In this document: one piece after another, positions 1 through 9,352 of the stretch
How the letters are laid out: each line of letters opens with the position of its first letter
How positions within the stretch are numbered: the stretch's first letter is position 1
Assembly: GCA_963667465.2 (NCBI GenBank)
Contig: CAXXDN010000002.1
Location: forward strand, 384,001-448,000
Origin: Dehalococcoidia bacterium
Lineage (GTDB): Bacteria; Chloroflexota; Dehalococcoidia; UBA2979
Direction of reading: 5' to 3'
Length of the DNA stretch: 64,000 bases
Program-made: the position numbers and the translations under genes
The notes under the pieces: model-generated
Database searches by the model: none
What the model saw: only the letters and a program-made list of their open reading frames with translations
What the model was told of the DNA's origin: nothing

Positions 1-277
1 CCAGGAAGTTGACGGCGAAGGCCGCGGCCCAGGGCGGGATGCCGAGGAAGGACCAGGGGCGGTGCCCCACTCGCGTCGCCGCCACCAGGCCGGGAACGAG
101 CTCCTGCGCCGTCGGCTGGGCAAGCGCGACCTCGAGGACGGCCTCGGGGCCTTCGTCCATCAGGTCCGGCTCGCCTTCCTCGGAGCGGCGGCGCTGCTCT
201 GCGAAGGCGCGCCCGGCCGCGGCGCCGAGCAGAGCGAAGATCAAGGTCAGCACGACCGAACGCAGCCATCCGAGCAT
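1..277 (-). CDS. Hypothetical membrane protein, partial (runs off the window edge)
   Basis: Not in the ORF track. ATG at 277 with GGAG upstream; reads MLGWLRSVVLTLIFALLGAAAGRAFAEQRRR...WSFLGIPPWAAAFAVNFL with host-like codon use and hydrophobic segments. Confidence 0.65.
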   Translation of the reverse strand, partial: MLGWLRSVVLTLIFALLGAAAGRAFAEQRRRSEEGEPDLMDEGPEAVLEVALAQPTAQELVPGLVAATRVGHRPWSFLGIPPWAAAFAVNFL

Positions 278-431
278 TGCCGGTCTCCCGTCGCGGCCGA
301 GCCGTACGGCGCTTCGCGCAGCCCTTGGTGGCGGGCTGCGCTAAGGTCTCAGAACGGTACGCGCGCGCGGCGGACGCGGTCAACGATCGCACGGCTCTGA
401 TGCACCGTGGCACGCCCGGAGAAAGGCGCCG

Positions 432-1796
432 ATGTCGGCCGGTCCTCGACGCTCGCGGCCGGCTGACGCCCGCGCGGCCCAGGCCGGCGGCCTCGGGTTG
501 CTGCGTTCCGGGCGCTGGTTCTACGGCTGGACCATCGTCGGCGTCGCCTTCCTCGCGACGTTCGCGCACGTCGGGTACCTCAACTCGGTGCTCGGTATCT
601 TCCAGCCGGCGCTGCACGAGGAGTTCGGCTGGAGCCGCGCGGAGGTCGCCGGTGCGCTGACCATCGGCAGCCTCGCCGGAGGCGTGCTGTCCCCGTTCTT
701 CGGCGTGGTCATCGATCGCTACGGTGCGCGCTGGATGATCGCCGGTCCGGCGGTGGCGCTGGCGGTGGGGTGCCTGCTGCTCGCCGAGCTGCGCGAGCTG
801 TGGCAGTTCTACCTGCTCTTCGCGGCCGGCCGCGCGCTGGCGATCTCCGCGATGATGGCCGCGGCCGTCGTCGCGGTCTCCAACTGGTTCATCCGCCGCC
901 GGCCACTCGCGATCGCGATCGGCACCCTCGGGATGCGCGTCGGGAACGCGGTGATCCCGCTGATCGTCGCGCTCGTGATCGCGGCGCGCGGCTGGCCGGA
1001 CGGCTTCCGTACGCTTGGCGTCTTCTTCCTCGTGTTCGGGATCGTCCCGGCGCTGCTGCTGATGCGCCGCCGGCCCGAGGACATGGGCCTGCGCCCCGAC
1101 GGCGATCCTCCGGCCACGCCTGAGGAGCGCCGGGCGGCTGCGCTGCTCGACCCCTTCTGGACGCTGGGCGCCGCGGTCCGCACCCGCGCCTACTGGCTGG
1201 TCGGCGCCGCCTTTGCCCTCGCGATCTTCGGGAACGGCGCGATCAACTTCCACCAGATCCCGCACCTTGTCGATCGAGGGCTCTCGACGACCCAGGCGGC
1301 GCTGATCCTGACCGTGATGTCGATCGCCGGCGCCGGCGGGGGGCTGCTCGGCGGCGTGGTCGCCTCGCGGGTGCGCTCGCGCTGGACCATGGCCGTTGCG
1401 CTGGTGTTCCAGAGCAGCGGGGTGCTGCTGCTGCTCGCGGTCCACAGCTTCGGCATGGCGATCCTCTACGCCCTCTGGTACGGGTTTTTCTTCGGCGTGA
1501 TGGTGACGCAGCTGCAGGTGGTCTACGCGGAGTACTTCGGGAGGCTGCAACTCGGCCTGATCCGCGGCTCGTTCCAGCCGGTTGCGCTTGGCTTCAATGC
1601 CGCCGGGCCGCTCGTCCTCGGAATCTGGTTCGACCGGGCCGGCGGCTACGAGGGTCCATTCGCGCTGATCATCGCATTCTTCCTCATGGCCGCTCTCGCG
1701 CTGTCCGCCGCGCGCTACCCCACACCGCCGGAGGCAGGCGCGAGGCCGGCGGCCGGGCCGCCATCGCAAGGCCGGCCTACGAGCAGAGCTCGCTGA
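432..1796 (+). CDS. MFS transporter (OFA-like)
   Basis: About 12 hydrophobic segments; N-terminal FYGW; motif A-like GVVIDRYGAR; central loop RRPEDMGLRPDG. Confidence 0.9.
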   Translation: MSAGPRRSRPADARAAQAGGLGLLRSGRWFYGWTIVGVAFLATFAHVGYLNSVLGIFQPALHEEFGWSRAEVAGALTIGSLAGGVLSPFFGVVIDRYGARWMIAGPAVALAVGCLLLAELRELWQFYLLFAAGRALAISAMMAAAVVAVSNWFIRRRPLAIAIGTLGMRVGNAVIPLIVALVIAARGWPDGFRTLGVFFLVFGIVPALLLMRRRPEDMGLRPDGDPPATPEERRAAALLDPFWTLGAAVRTRAYWLVGAAFALAIFGNGAINFHQIPHLVDRGLSTTQAALILTVMSIAGAGGGLLGGVVASRVRSRWTMAVALVFQSSGVLLLLAVHSFGMAILYALWYGFFFGVMVTQLQVVYAEYFGRLQLGLIRGSFQPVALGFNAAGPLVLGIWFDRAGGYEGPFALIIAFFLMAALALSAARYPTPPEAGARPAAGPPSQGRPTSRAR

Positions 1797-3144
1797 TCAT
1801 GTGCTCGGGGTTATGTGGCCCGTAGTTCCAGATCGCGTTGAAGCGTGCCTCCTGGGCCCGCAGGAACTGCTCGATCGCCGAGCAGATCAGACCCGGCGCG
1901 GTAGCCGTCCGCAGGCCCTCGCGATAGATCGCCGCGACCTGCCCGTGCAGCGTCCGGCCAAGGTTGTCTGCCGCCTGATCGAGCAGCGCACCCGTGCCCG
2001 CCTCGTCCCGCAGGCGCTGCGCCGCGAGGGCCGCACGGAACAGCGCGTAGGCGGAAAGCTCCGCCCGGCTTGAGGCGCGCCCCTGCTCGACGCGCCAGTC
2101 GACGAGGGACGTGTCCGCTGCCGCCGACTGGTAGAGAGCGCGCGCCCGCGCGTAGTCACCGCTCCGGAACGCCGTGTCGGCGTCTACGATCGCGTGGAAC
2201 AGGTAGCGGGGCGCGTCCGTCGTGCCCTCGGTGATGAACCCGGCCTCGGTCCAGGTCAGCGCGAGATTCGAGGTGCGGACGGGTCCCGCGGAGGAGTCAG
2301 CCACGGTTTCGTTCTCGATGAGCAGCCGCGTCGCCCCGGCTCCGCCCGCGGTTCCGCCGGAGGTCTCGACGCGCACCCCGGCGGTGGCGCTGACCTCCAC
2401 GCCCGCGGGCATCAGGTCTTCGAGGTTGCCGCGGTGGTTGCTGATGATCAGCAGCCGCCTGTCGCAGGCGGCGTCGTCGCAGCGCAGGGTCGAGATCACC
2501 AGGTCCGGGAAGCGATCGCCGGTGAGGTCGGCGATGGACTCGATGGTCACGCCCTCGAGGGTCGCGTTGACCAGCACGCGCGCAGAGGAGAACAGCCGGA
2601 AGTCCTCTTCGCTGCTCTCGTAGAACCAGACGTCACCGCCGCCGTCGGCGAGGGTGAGGGCGAAGACGAACTCGCTCGCGCCGTCTCCGTCGAAGTCGGC
2701 AAAGAGGCAGCGCTCGCCGCTGGTGGGAGCGAGGCCCCATGCGGAGACGAGGTCCGGCAGACAGCCGGGCAGGTTCGCCTCGCCGGTCAGGAGGTGGTCA
2801 CGGAGCAGCAGCGCGCTCGCGAGCGGCTCGTCGGGCTTCGGCGGCGGCTCGGGGGGCTCGTCTCGCGTGGCCGTCTGGGTCGGCGTCGGTGTCGCCGTGC
2901 CCTCGAGGACGGTGGGGGTGGGCGTTGCGGTGACGATGATCGACGGCCCGCTGTCGTCGCGCACCGGCGTCTCGTCTGGCGCGGGCGTCGGTGTGAGTGC
3001 GATGACGCGCACGTCGCCGCCGTCGCCACAGCCTGCGGTGAGCAGGGCGAGCGTCGCGAGGACGGCCGCCAGCGCGGCCGCGGGTCCGCCGAATCGGCTT
3101 GCGTCAGGGCGTGGGGTCCACCTGTTGATGATTTCAAAAATCAA
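1777..3144 (-). CDS. Putative lipoprotein with Pro/Thr linker, FG-GAP-like Ca-binding motifs and a helical (TPR-like) C-terminus
   Basis: Lipobox-like LTAGC; TPTPT linker; ADFDGDG and ADLTGDRFPDLVI motifs; start codon uncertain. Confidence 0.7.
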   Translation of the reverse strand: MIFEIINRWTPRPDASRFGGPAAALAAVLATLALLTAGCGDGGDVRVIALTPTPAPDETPVRDDSGPSIIVTATPTPTVLEGTATPTPTQTATRDEPPEPPPKPDEPLASALLLRDHLLTGEANLPGCLPDLVSAWGLAPTSGERCLFADFDGDGASEFVFALTLADGGGDVWFYESSEEDFRLFSSARVLVNATLEGVTIESIADLTGDRFPDLVISTLRCDDAACDRRLLIISNHRGNLEDLMPAGVEVSATAGVRVETSGGTAGGAGATRLLIENETVADSSAGPVRTSNLALTWTEAGFITEGTTDAPRYLFHAIVDADTAFRSGDYARARALYQSAAADTSLVDWRVEQGRASSRAELSAYALFRAALAAQRLRDEAGTGALLDQAADNLGRTLHGQVAAIYREGLRTATAPGLICSAIEQFLRAQEARFNAIWNYGPHNPEHMISELCS

Positions 3145-3261
3145 ATTGAAAACCCGTGTTGACTTTTTAGCCGATCCCTGCTTGAATGCCCGCTACGGCC
3201 CCAAATCGGCAGTCCCTCACGTGCTGTCGGCTGCGGGCGTAAGGGTGGGGAGACTCCAACA

Positions 3262-3957
3262 ATGGGGGAGATCGACACCAGGGAGCACGGACGCAAACTC
3301 GCGGCCGAGTTCATTGGTGCCTTCGCGCTCATCTTCATTGGAGCGGGCGCCATCATCCAGACCGGCGGGGGCAACCTCATCGCCATCGCCGTCGCGCACG
3401 GTCTCGCCATCGCGCTGCTTCTCTCCTCGCTTGGCCACATCTCCGGTGGCTTCTTCAATCCTGCGCTGACGATCGGCCTGTGGGCCACCCGCCGCCTTGA
3501 TACGGTCACGGCTGTCGCGTACATCATCGCGCAGTTGCTTGGCGCCGTCGCGGCCGCGCTGGCGCTGGTGCTGCTCTTCCCCGAGGCACTGCGTGACGCC
3601 GTGGCCCTTGGCACGCCGTTGCTCGGGCGCGGCACCGACTTTGCCCAGGGCGTCATCCTTGAGGCGATCGCAACCTTCTTCCTGATGCTGGCCGTGTTCG
3701 GCACCGCGCTCGACCCGCGCGGCCCGAAGCTCGGCGGCTTCGGCATCGGGCTGATTCTCACCATGGGCATCCTCGCGATCGGCACCCTGACCGGCGCCGC
3801 GATGAACCCCGCGCGCACCTTCGGTCCAGCCCTCGTGGGCGGCGAGTGGGCAGACCACCTCGTCTACTGGATTGGCCCGATCATCGGCGCGGTCGTTGCC
3901 GCGCTGGTCTACCACTACCTCTTCGCCGGGGAGGAGATGGAGATGAGCGATGCCTAG
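3262..3957 (+). CDS. Aquaporin / MIP family channel
   Basis: Two NPA motifs (ISGGFFNPALT, AMNPART), AEFIG N-terminal motif, YWIGP. Confidence 0.95.
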   Translation: MGEIDTREHGRKLAAEFIGAFALIFIGAGAIIQTGGGNLIAIAVAHGLAIALLLSSLGHISGGFFNPALTIGLWATRRLDTVTAVAYIIAQLLGAVAAALALVLLFPEALRDAVALGTPLLGRGTDFAQGVILEAIATFFLMLAVFGTALDPRGPKLGGFGIGLILTMGILAIGTLTGAAMNPARTFGPALVGGEWADHLVYWIGPIIGAVVAALVYHYLFAGEEMEMSDA

Positions 3958-4104
3958 ACCTTGCAGGTTCCGGAGCGGAGTGCGCGCCACTCCCCTACGG
4001 GACGAGCGCCGGGCGGGAAGGGTTCCCGCCTGACGCAGCACCTTCCTTAGCAGCCAACATCTGCCGCGAAACCAATCACCCCCGCCGCACGGCAGATGCT
4101 GGTG

Positions 4105-4132
4105 AGAGGGCGGGCCTCCGGGCCCGCCCTCT
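4105..4132. terminator. Strong hairpin between convergent genes (terminator-like)
   Basis: AGAGGGCGGGCC-TCCG-GGCCCGCCCTCT, a 12-bp perfect stem; no clear U-tract. Confidence 0.5.
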
Positions 4133-4163
4133 GCCTTGTCCGGCGATCGAACGATTGAGTGCC

Positions 4164-4622
4164 TCAGCGCCCCGTGCTGCCGTGGCCTCCCTCGCCGCGC
4201 TCGGTCGCGTCGAGGTCCTCGACCACCTCGAACGCCGCCGGCGCGAGCCGGCCGACGACGAGCTGCGCGATGCGCTCGCCGTCCTCGATCACGTAGCGAC
4301 CGTCCTCGCCGGCGCCGGGCAGGCAGTACATCGTCACGAACAGCTCGCCGCGGTAGTCGGCGTCCAGGGTGCCGAGCACTGCCAGCACCCCTCGTGAGGC
4401 GAGGCCGGAGCGCGGCCGGAGCTGCACGTCCAGCCCCTCGGGCGCGGCCACGGCGATGCCCGTCGGCACGAGCACGGGCGACGTTCCCAGCTCGATCGCG
4501 CCGCTCTCGAGGCAGGCGTGCAGGTCAAACCCGCTGGCGAGCGCGCTCTGTCGCTGCGGCAGCCGTGCGCCGGGGCGCAGCAGTTGCACCTGCAGGACCG
4601 TGGAGTCGGGAGTCGTACTCAT
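4164..4622 (-). CDS. dut: dUTP diphosphatase (trimeric dUTPase)
   Basis: Motifs ASGFDL, RPRSGLA, GTLDADYRGEL, ERIAQL, RGEGGHGSTG. Confidence 0.95.
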   Translation of the reverse strand: MSTTPDSTVLQVQLLRPGARLPQRQSALASGFDLHACLESGAIELGTSPVLVPTGIAVAAPEGLDVQLRPRSGLASRGVLAVLGTLDADYRGELFVTMYCLPGAGEDGRYVIEDGERIAQLVVGRLAPAAFEVVEDLDATERGEGGHGSTGR

Positions 4623-4643
4623 TGCGCCGGGCCGAGGCGGGCG

Positions 4644-5165
4644 CTAGCCGGCGGTCGTGGCCTTTCGCTCCTGTGCGCGTGCGATGCCGCGGCCCTTCTT
4701 GGGGGTGAGCACCTCGACCGGGTAGACGTCCCGCTTGAGCATCTCGCGCGGCGGGTCGATGTAGATCGAGCCCCAGCCGCAGGCCTGCTCGCAGAGGCGG
4801 CAGCCGACGCACTTCTTGTCGTCGACGACGGCCACGCCGTAGAAGTCGTGGCTGTTCGGCGCATCCGTCAGCGAGAGCGCGTCAAACGGGCAGATGTGGA
4901 TGCACAGCTCGCAGCCGGAGCCGATGCAGTTGTCATCGATCACCTTCGCCAGCGGCAACTCGCGGCGCGGGAACGTGCGGCACTGGTCGCCGAGTTCATC
5001 GAGGATCGACTCGGGCGGGCAGACCGCGCCGCAGGCGCCGCAGTCGATACAGAGGTCCGGGTCGATCACGTGCAGCTCGTCGCGCACGCCGGTGATCGCG
5101 TTGACCGGGCACTTCTTGACGCAGGCCGTGCAGCCGATGCACGTCTCGATGATGGAATACGCCAA
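4644..5165 (-). CDS. 4Fe-4S polyferredoxin (four cluster motifs)
   Basis: CIGCTACVKKCP, CIDCGACGAVCP, CIGSGCELCIHICP, CVGCRLCEQACG. Confidence 0.9.
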   Translation of the reverse strand: MAYSIIETCIGCTACVKKCPVNAITGVRDELHVIDPDLCIDCGACGAVCPPESILDELGDQCRTFPRRELPLAKVIDDNCIGSGCELCIHICPFDALSLTDAPNSHDFYGVAVVDDKKCVGCRLCEQACGWGSIYIDPPREMLKRDVYPVEVLTPKKGRGIARAQERKATTAG

Positions 5166-5339
5166 CGCTGCCTCCCGTCGGGGCGCCGCTCGCCGGACCT
5201 TGCGGCGAATCTACCACGCCCGGCGGCACAGGGCGACGCCTCGACTGGTATTCGATCGCCCAACGCGCGTTTCGAGAGGCTCGAGGGCGCCGCGGGAGCC
5301 GCGCTGGAGCGGGGCCGGCGCCGCTGGTACGATGACTCC

Positions 5340-5690
5340 ATGATGCGCCGCCTCCGGATCCACCCTCGCCGCCTGCTCACCGCGCCACGCCTGCGCGTCT
5401 CCTCCGGGGACGAGCGGCGCAGCGTACTGGCGATCGACGGCCTGGTCTGCGGCGTCTGCGCAAGCCGCACGGAGCGCGCCCTGCGAAGTGTTCCCGGTGT
5501 CGAGCGCGCAAGCGTCGACCTCGCGAGCGGATGCGCGACGATCGAGCACGGCGAAGCGGCCCCCGACCTCGCGCAACTCGCCGACGCGGTCGACGGGGTC
5601 GTCATCGCGCGCCCGTGGCGCGTGAGGATCGAGGCCTGGACGGCGGGCCTCGGCGCTTGGGGCCGCCGCCTTGTGCGGGGGAGCGGCTGA
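5340..5690 (+). CDS. Heavy-metal-associated (HMA/CopZ-like) domain protein
   Basis: IDGLVCGVC...ALRSVPGVERASVDL; ATG at 5340 inside the longer ORF. Confidence 0.8.
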   Translation: MMRRLRIHPRRLLTAPRLRVSSGDERRSVLAIDGLVCGVCASRTERALRSVPGVERASVDLASGCATIEHGEAAPDLAQLADAVDGVVIARPWRVRIEAWTAGLGAWGRRLVRGSG

Positions 5691-6574
5691 TACCGGCCGC
5701 GGAGGGCGCTCCGCCCCCGCTCGCGATCGGAGCGCACTGCTCGGCCTCCGGCGGCCTCTGGCGCACGATCGAGCGAGCGATCGCTATCGAGGCGGAGGCC
5801 GTGCAGTTCTTCGGCTCCTCGCCGCGCGCCTGGCGTCCCACGAACCACAAGCCCGAGGCCTTCGAGCGCTTCCGCGAGCTGCGTGCGGAGTCCGGCATCG
5901 GCCAGGCGTGGCTGCACGGCAGCTACCTGGTCAGCCTCGCCCCCCGTAACGAGGAGCACTACGAGAAGTCGATCGCCTCGGTGGTCAACGCACTCAGCGT
6001 CGCCGCCCGGGCCGGGGCGGAGGGCGTGGTGCTGCACAGCGGCTCGCACCTCGGACGGGGCTTCGAGGCAGTGCTGCCGGAGGTGGTCTCCGCCATCGGG
6101 CGCATCTTCGACGAGGCGCCGGAGGGTCCGTTCCTCGCATTGGAGAACGCGGCCGGCCAGCAAGGCCCGATCGGCGGCACGTTCGGCGAGCTCGGCGCGA
6201 TCCTCGATGCGGCCGACTCGCCGCGGCTGCGCGTCTGCCTCGACACCTGCCACACCTTCGCCGCCGGCTACGACATCACGACGCCCGAGGGCATGGCGGA
6301 GACCCTCGAGGAGTTCGGGCGCGAGATCGGCCTCGACCTGCTGGCCGTGATCCACGCGAACGACTCGAAGCAGGAGCTGGGCAGCGGGCGCGACCGCCAC
6401 GAGAACATCGGTGAAGGCCACATCGGCTACGAGGGCTTCCGCACCATCCTCGGTGAGCCCGCGTTCGCCGGCCGGGCGTTGCTGCTGGAGGTACCCGGCT
6501 TCGAGGGCGACGGGCCGGACCTGGAGAACGTGCGGCGCCTCAAGCGCATCCGTGACGAGGTGTCGCAGGGGTGA
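5687..6574 (+). CDS. nfo: Endonuclease IV (AP endonuclease)
   Basis: IGAH, HGSYLVSL, VLHSG, LENAAG, CLDTCHTFAAGY, HANDS, DRHENIGEG motifs; start uncertain (CTG at 5687 overlapping the upstream TGA). Confidence 0.93.
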   Translation: MIPAAEGAPPPLAIGAHCSASGGLWRTIERAIAIEAEAVQFFGSSPRAWRPTNHKPEAFERFRELRAESGIGQAWLHGSYLVSLAPRNEEHYEKSIASVVNALSVAARAGAEGVVLHSGSHLGRGFEAVLPEVVSAIGRIFDEAPEGPFLALENAAGQQGPIGGTFGELGAILDAADSPRLRVCLDTCHTFAAGYDITTPEGMAETLEEFGREIGLDLLAVIHANDSKQELGSGRDRHENIGEGHIGYEGFRTILGEPAFAGRALLLEVPGFEGDGPDLENVRRLKRIRDEVSQG

Positions 6575-6861
6575 TGATGCACCGACGTATGCGCCTGCGG
6601 CGCTGGAAGGTCATGGCCTGCGCGACGATCTTCGCGCTCGCGCTGCTCAGCGCCGCCTGTGCGGAGAGCGGCGGGCACCTCGAGGGCGATCTCCACGATC
6701 AACTGCACGAGATCGCGCACCTGGCCTGCGCGCGGGTCGAGGGCGGCGCCGCTGCCGGCGACGTGGTCGCCGAGACGGTTGCTGAGGCCGTCGCGCTTGG
6801 CGCGACGGAGGCGCAGATGCGCGACATTCTCGAGGAAGAGTGCTCGGATCTGCTCGAGTAG
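6571..6861 (+). CDS. Small putative lipoprotein
   Basis: Basic N-terminus, hydrophobic stretch, LSAAC lipobox-like motif; overlaps the nfo stop. Confidence 0.6.
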   Translation: MMMHRRMRLRRWKVMACATIFALALLSAACAESGGHLEGDLHDQLHEIAHLACARVEGGAAAGDVVAETVAEAVALGATEAQMRDILEEECSDLLE

Positions 6862-6876
6862 TCCCTGCCGGCGCCG

Positions 6877-7238
6877 CTAGCGCGGACCCCCGCCGTGCGG
6901 GCGGACGCGGCGCGGGCGCCCTGCCAGCCCGCGGAACTCGTCCTCCAGAAGAGGATCTCCATGAGCAGGTGCGGGGTTACGCCCCAGCGCTGATCCGTCG
7001 GTGCGCCCTCCTCGGCGAGCCGCTCCAGCAGGCGCTCGGCCATCGAGGCGTGGTCCATGCCGGGGTCGTTCCCGGCGATGCGGATGTCGGCCTCGAACTC
7101 CAGCACGGCGTCGATCACCTCTGCGGCGATGAAGCCGCCGAACTCCTCGGACAGCTGCTCGGCCACCCAGTTCGCGCACTCGGTCGAGAGTTGCTCGTCG
7201 AGGCGGATGTCGTCGGCGTCAGGTGTGTCGTTGCTCAT
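6877..7238 (-). pseudogene. Acidic hypothetical protein with an apparent 1-nt frameshift near 6945
   Basis: MSNDTPD...LMEILFW continues naturally as EDEFRGLAGRPRR* in another frame (TTCTGGAGGAC lacks one G); GGAGG RBS upstream. Confidence 0.55.
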
Positions 7239-7248
7239 CGCGCCTCCG

Positions 7249-7668
7249 TTACGCGCCGGGCATGGGCGCCCATGGCCCGAGCCCGGCGAGCCGATCGGCG
7301 GCGATGCGGACGATGAGCCGCTGCTCGCCGGGCTGGCGGAAGGGGTAACTGTCCAGGCCGAGGAAGCGCCCCGCGAGCATGTCGATGTGCGCGTCGGCGC
7401 CCTCGGCGGTGATCTCGGTGACGCGGCCGTGGATCAGCAGGTAGTGCTGCGGCTCGTCGCGGTCCTGCACGGAGAGCAGGACGCGCGGATCGCGGCGCAT
7501 GTTGCGCGTCTTGGCGCGACCCTCCGAGGTGTTGATCACCAGCTCGTCACCCTCGACGTCGACCCAGAGCATCGAGAGCTGGGGCGTGCCGCTGGGGTTC
7601 GTCGTCACGAGGTGGCCGTAGGCGCGGTCGGCGAGCAGCGTACGGGCGGACTCGGGCAGTGCGGCCAT
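7249..7668 (-). CDS. PPOX-class putative F420-dependent oxidoreductase
   Basis: GHLVTTNPSGTPQ, GRAKTRNMRRDPRV, GADAHID; ATG at 7668. Confidence 0.88.
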   Translation of the reverse strand: MAALPESARTLLADRAYGHLVTTNPSGTPQLSMLWVDVEGDELVINTSEGRAKTRNMRRDPRVLLSVQDRDEPQHYLLIHGRVTEITAEGADAHIDMLAGRFLGLDSYPFRQPGEQRLIVRIAADRLAGLGPWAPMPGA

Positions 7669-7899
7669 GTTGGGGCGGCTCCGTTCGTGGTCTCGCGTCG
7701 GTGCGGCGATCGTACCGCCGCGCCTGCCAGAGGCGCCAACCTCACGTTGACGGAGGGATCGGGCGAATCTACGCTGAGGCCGCTTGCGAGGCAGTTCCGA
7801 GCCACATTCCTCCGGCGCGATGAAGCGGGCAACAAGACGGACGAGGGACCGGGCGGTCGCCTCGCCGACGCAGGCGCGCCGGGTTCGATTGGAGCGCGC

Positions 7900-9327
7900 A
7901 TGGCCCAGGGGACGACGCGACCCGCACCCGCGGATCGCGAGGAGTCGCCCGCCCCGCAGGGGCCTGCCGGGCCGAACGGGGACGGGCCCGGCGAGCCGGG
8001 CTCGCCGCCGCGAGCGATGGCCGCCGCAGGCGCTCGTCCACCGCTGCGCCGCACGTTCAGCGCATTCCGCTACCCGGACTACCGCCTGCTCTGGGCCTCG
8101 ATGGCCATGGCGATGGTCGGCATGCAGATGCAGATGATCGCGCGCGGGCTGCTCGCCTTCGAGCTGGCGGGCAACTACTCGGCGGTCGGCGCGCTGGCTG
8201 CGGCGTGGGGTATCCCGCAGTTCTTCCTCGCACTGCCTGGCGGCGCGATCGCCGACCGCATGGACAAGCGCGTCGTGCTGCTGTTCACGCAGGGCGCGGT
8301 GTTTCTGCAGGCGCTGGCCGTCGGGCTGCTGATCGCCTTCGACGCGATCTCGCTGCAGCTGCTGTTCCTGTTCGGCATCGTGCTCGGCGGCACCTTCTCC
8401 TTCAACATGCCCGCCCGCCAGGCCTACATCCCCGAGCTGGTCCCGAGGGACGAGCTGATGAACGCGATCGCCCTCAACAACACGGCGATGAACGCGACGC
8501 GCCTCTTCTCCCCCGTCGCCGCGGGGGTCTTCATCGCGGCGTTCGGCTTCGCCACGACCTACCTCATCACCGCCGCCATGTACCTCATCGCCTGGGGCGC
8601 CGTGTGGCTGCTGCCGCGCGGCCGCGGCCACCTCGCGGGCGCCAGCGAGCGCAAAGGGATGTTCGAGGAGATCCGGCTCGGCCTGCGCTACGTCCGCCAG
8701 AACCGCGCGCTACGCGCGTTGATGCTCATGGCGCTGGTGCCGATCACCCTCGGCATGCCGTTCGTGACGATCTTGCCCGCGTTCGCGGCAGGCGACCTCG
8801 GGCTCAACTCGCTCGGCTTCGGGCTACTGACGGCCGTGAACGCCGTGGGAGCGCTGGCCGGATCGCTGCTGATCGCGGCGCTGAATCCTTCCGGCCGGCT
8901 GGCCCGCCGGCAGGCGCTGCTTGGTATGGGCTGGGGCGTCGGGCTGATCCTCCTCGGTGTCGGCTCGCTCTCGTTCGGGTTGCCCGGCGCGTTCCTTGCG
9001 ATGATCGTGATCGGCGGCTGTTCGATGGCCTACATGGCGCTGAACAACGGGATGATCATGACCAGCTCGTCGCAGCAGTACCACGGGCGGATCATGAGCC
9101 TCTACATGCTGACGTTCGGCATCTTCCCGCTCGTGGGCTTGCCGCTCGGCATCCTCGGAGACGCGATCGGCGGCTACGCGACCTTCACGCTGCTGGGCGC
9201 GAGCATCCTCGCATTCGTCCTCGTGCTCCTGCTGGTCGTCCCATCGGACCTGATCGACCGCGCCGCGAGCGCCGGCCCACGAGAGCCGGCCGAAGCGGAG
9301 GCGCAGTCCGAGGCGCGAGCCAGCTGA
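7900..9327 (+). CDS. MFS transporter (DHA3/EntS-like)
   Basis: GGAIADRMDKR, PARQAYIPELV, MNAIALN, GRIMS. Confidence 0.9.
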   Translation: MAQGTTRPAPADREESPAPQGPAGPNGDGPGEPGSPPRAMAAAGARPPLRRTFSAFRYPDYRLLWASMAMAMVGMQMQMIARGLLAFELAGNYSAVGALAAAWGIPQFFLALPGGAIADRMDKRVVLLFTQGAVFLQALAVGLLIAFDAISLQLLFLFGIVLGGTFSFNMPARQAYIPELVPRDELMNAIALNNTAMNATRLFSPVAAGVFIAAFGFATTYLITAAMYLIAWGAVWLLPRGRGHLAGASERKGMFEEIRLGLRYVRQNRALRALMLMALVPITLGMPFVTILPAFAAGDLGLNSLGFGLLTAVNAVGALAGSLLIAALNPSGRLARRQALLGMGWGVGLILLGVGSLSFGLPGAFLAMIVIGGCSMAYMALNNGMIMTSSSQQYHGRIMSLYMLTFGIFPLVGLPLGILGDAIGGYATFTLLGASILAFVLVLLLVVPSDLIDRAASAGPREPAEAEAQSEARAS

Positions 9328-9352
9328 GGCGTGACGCGGCCGAGGCCCGCGC

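Noticed and set aside
4067-4083. Minus-strand GGGGGTGATTGGTTTCG resembling a tmRNA 5' end
   Set aside because: No matching T-arm/CCA 3' end and too little space before the convergent gene.
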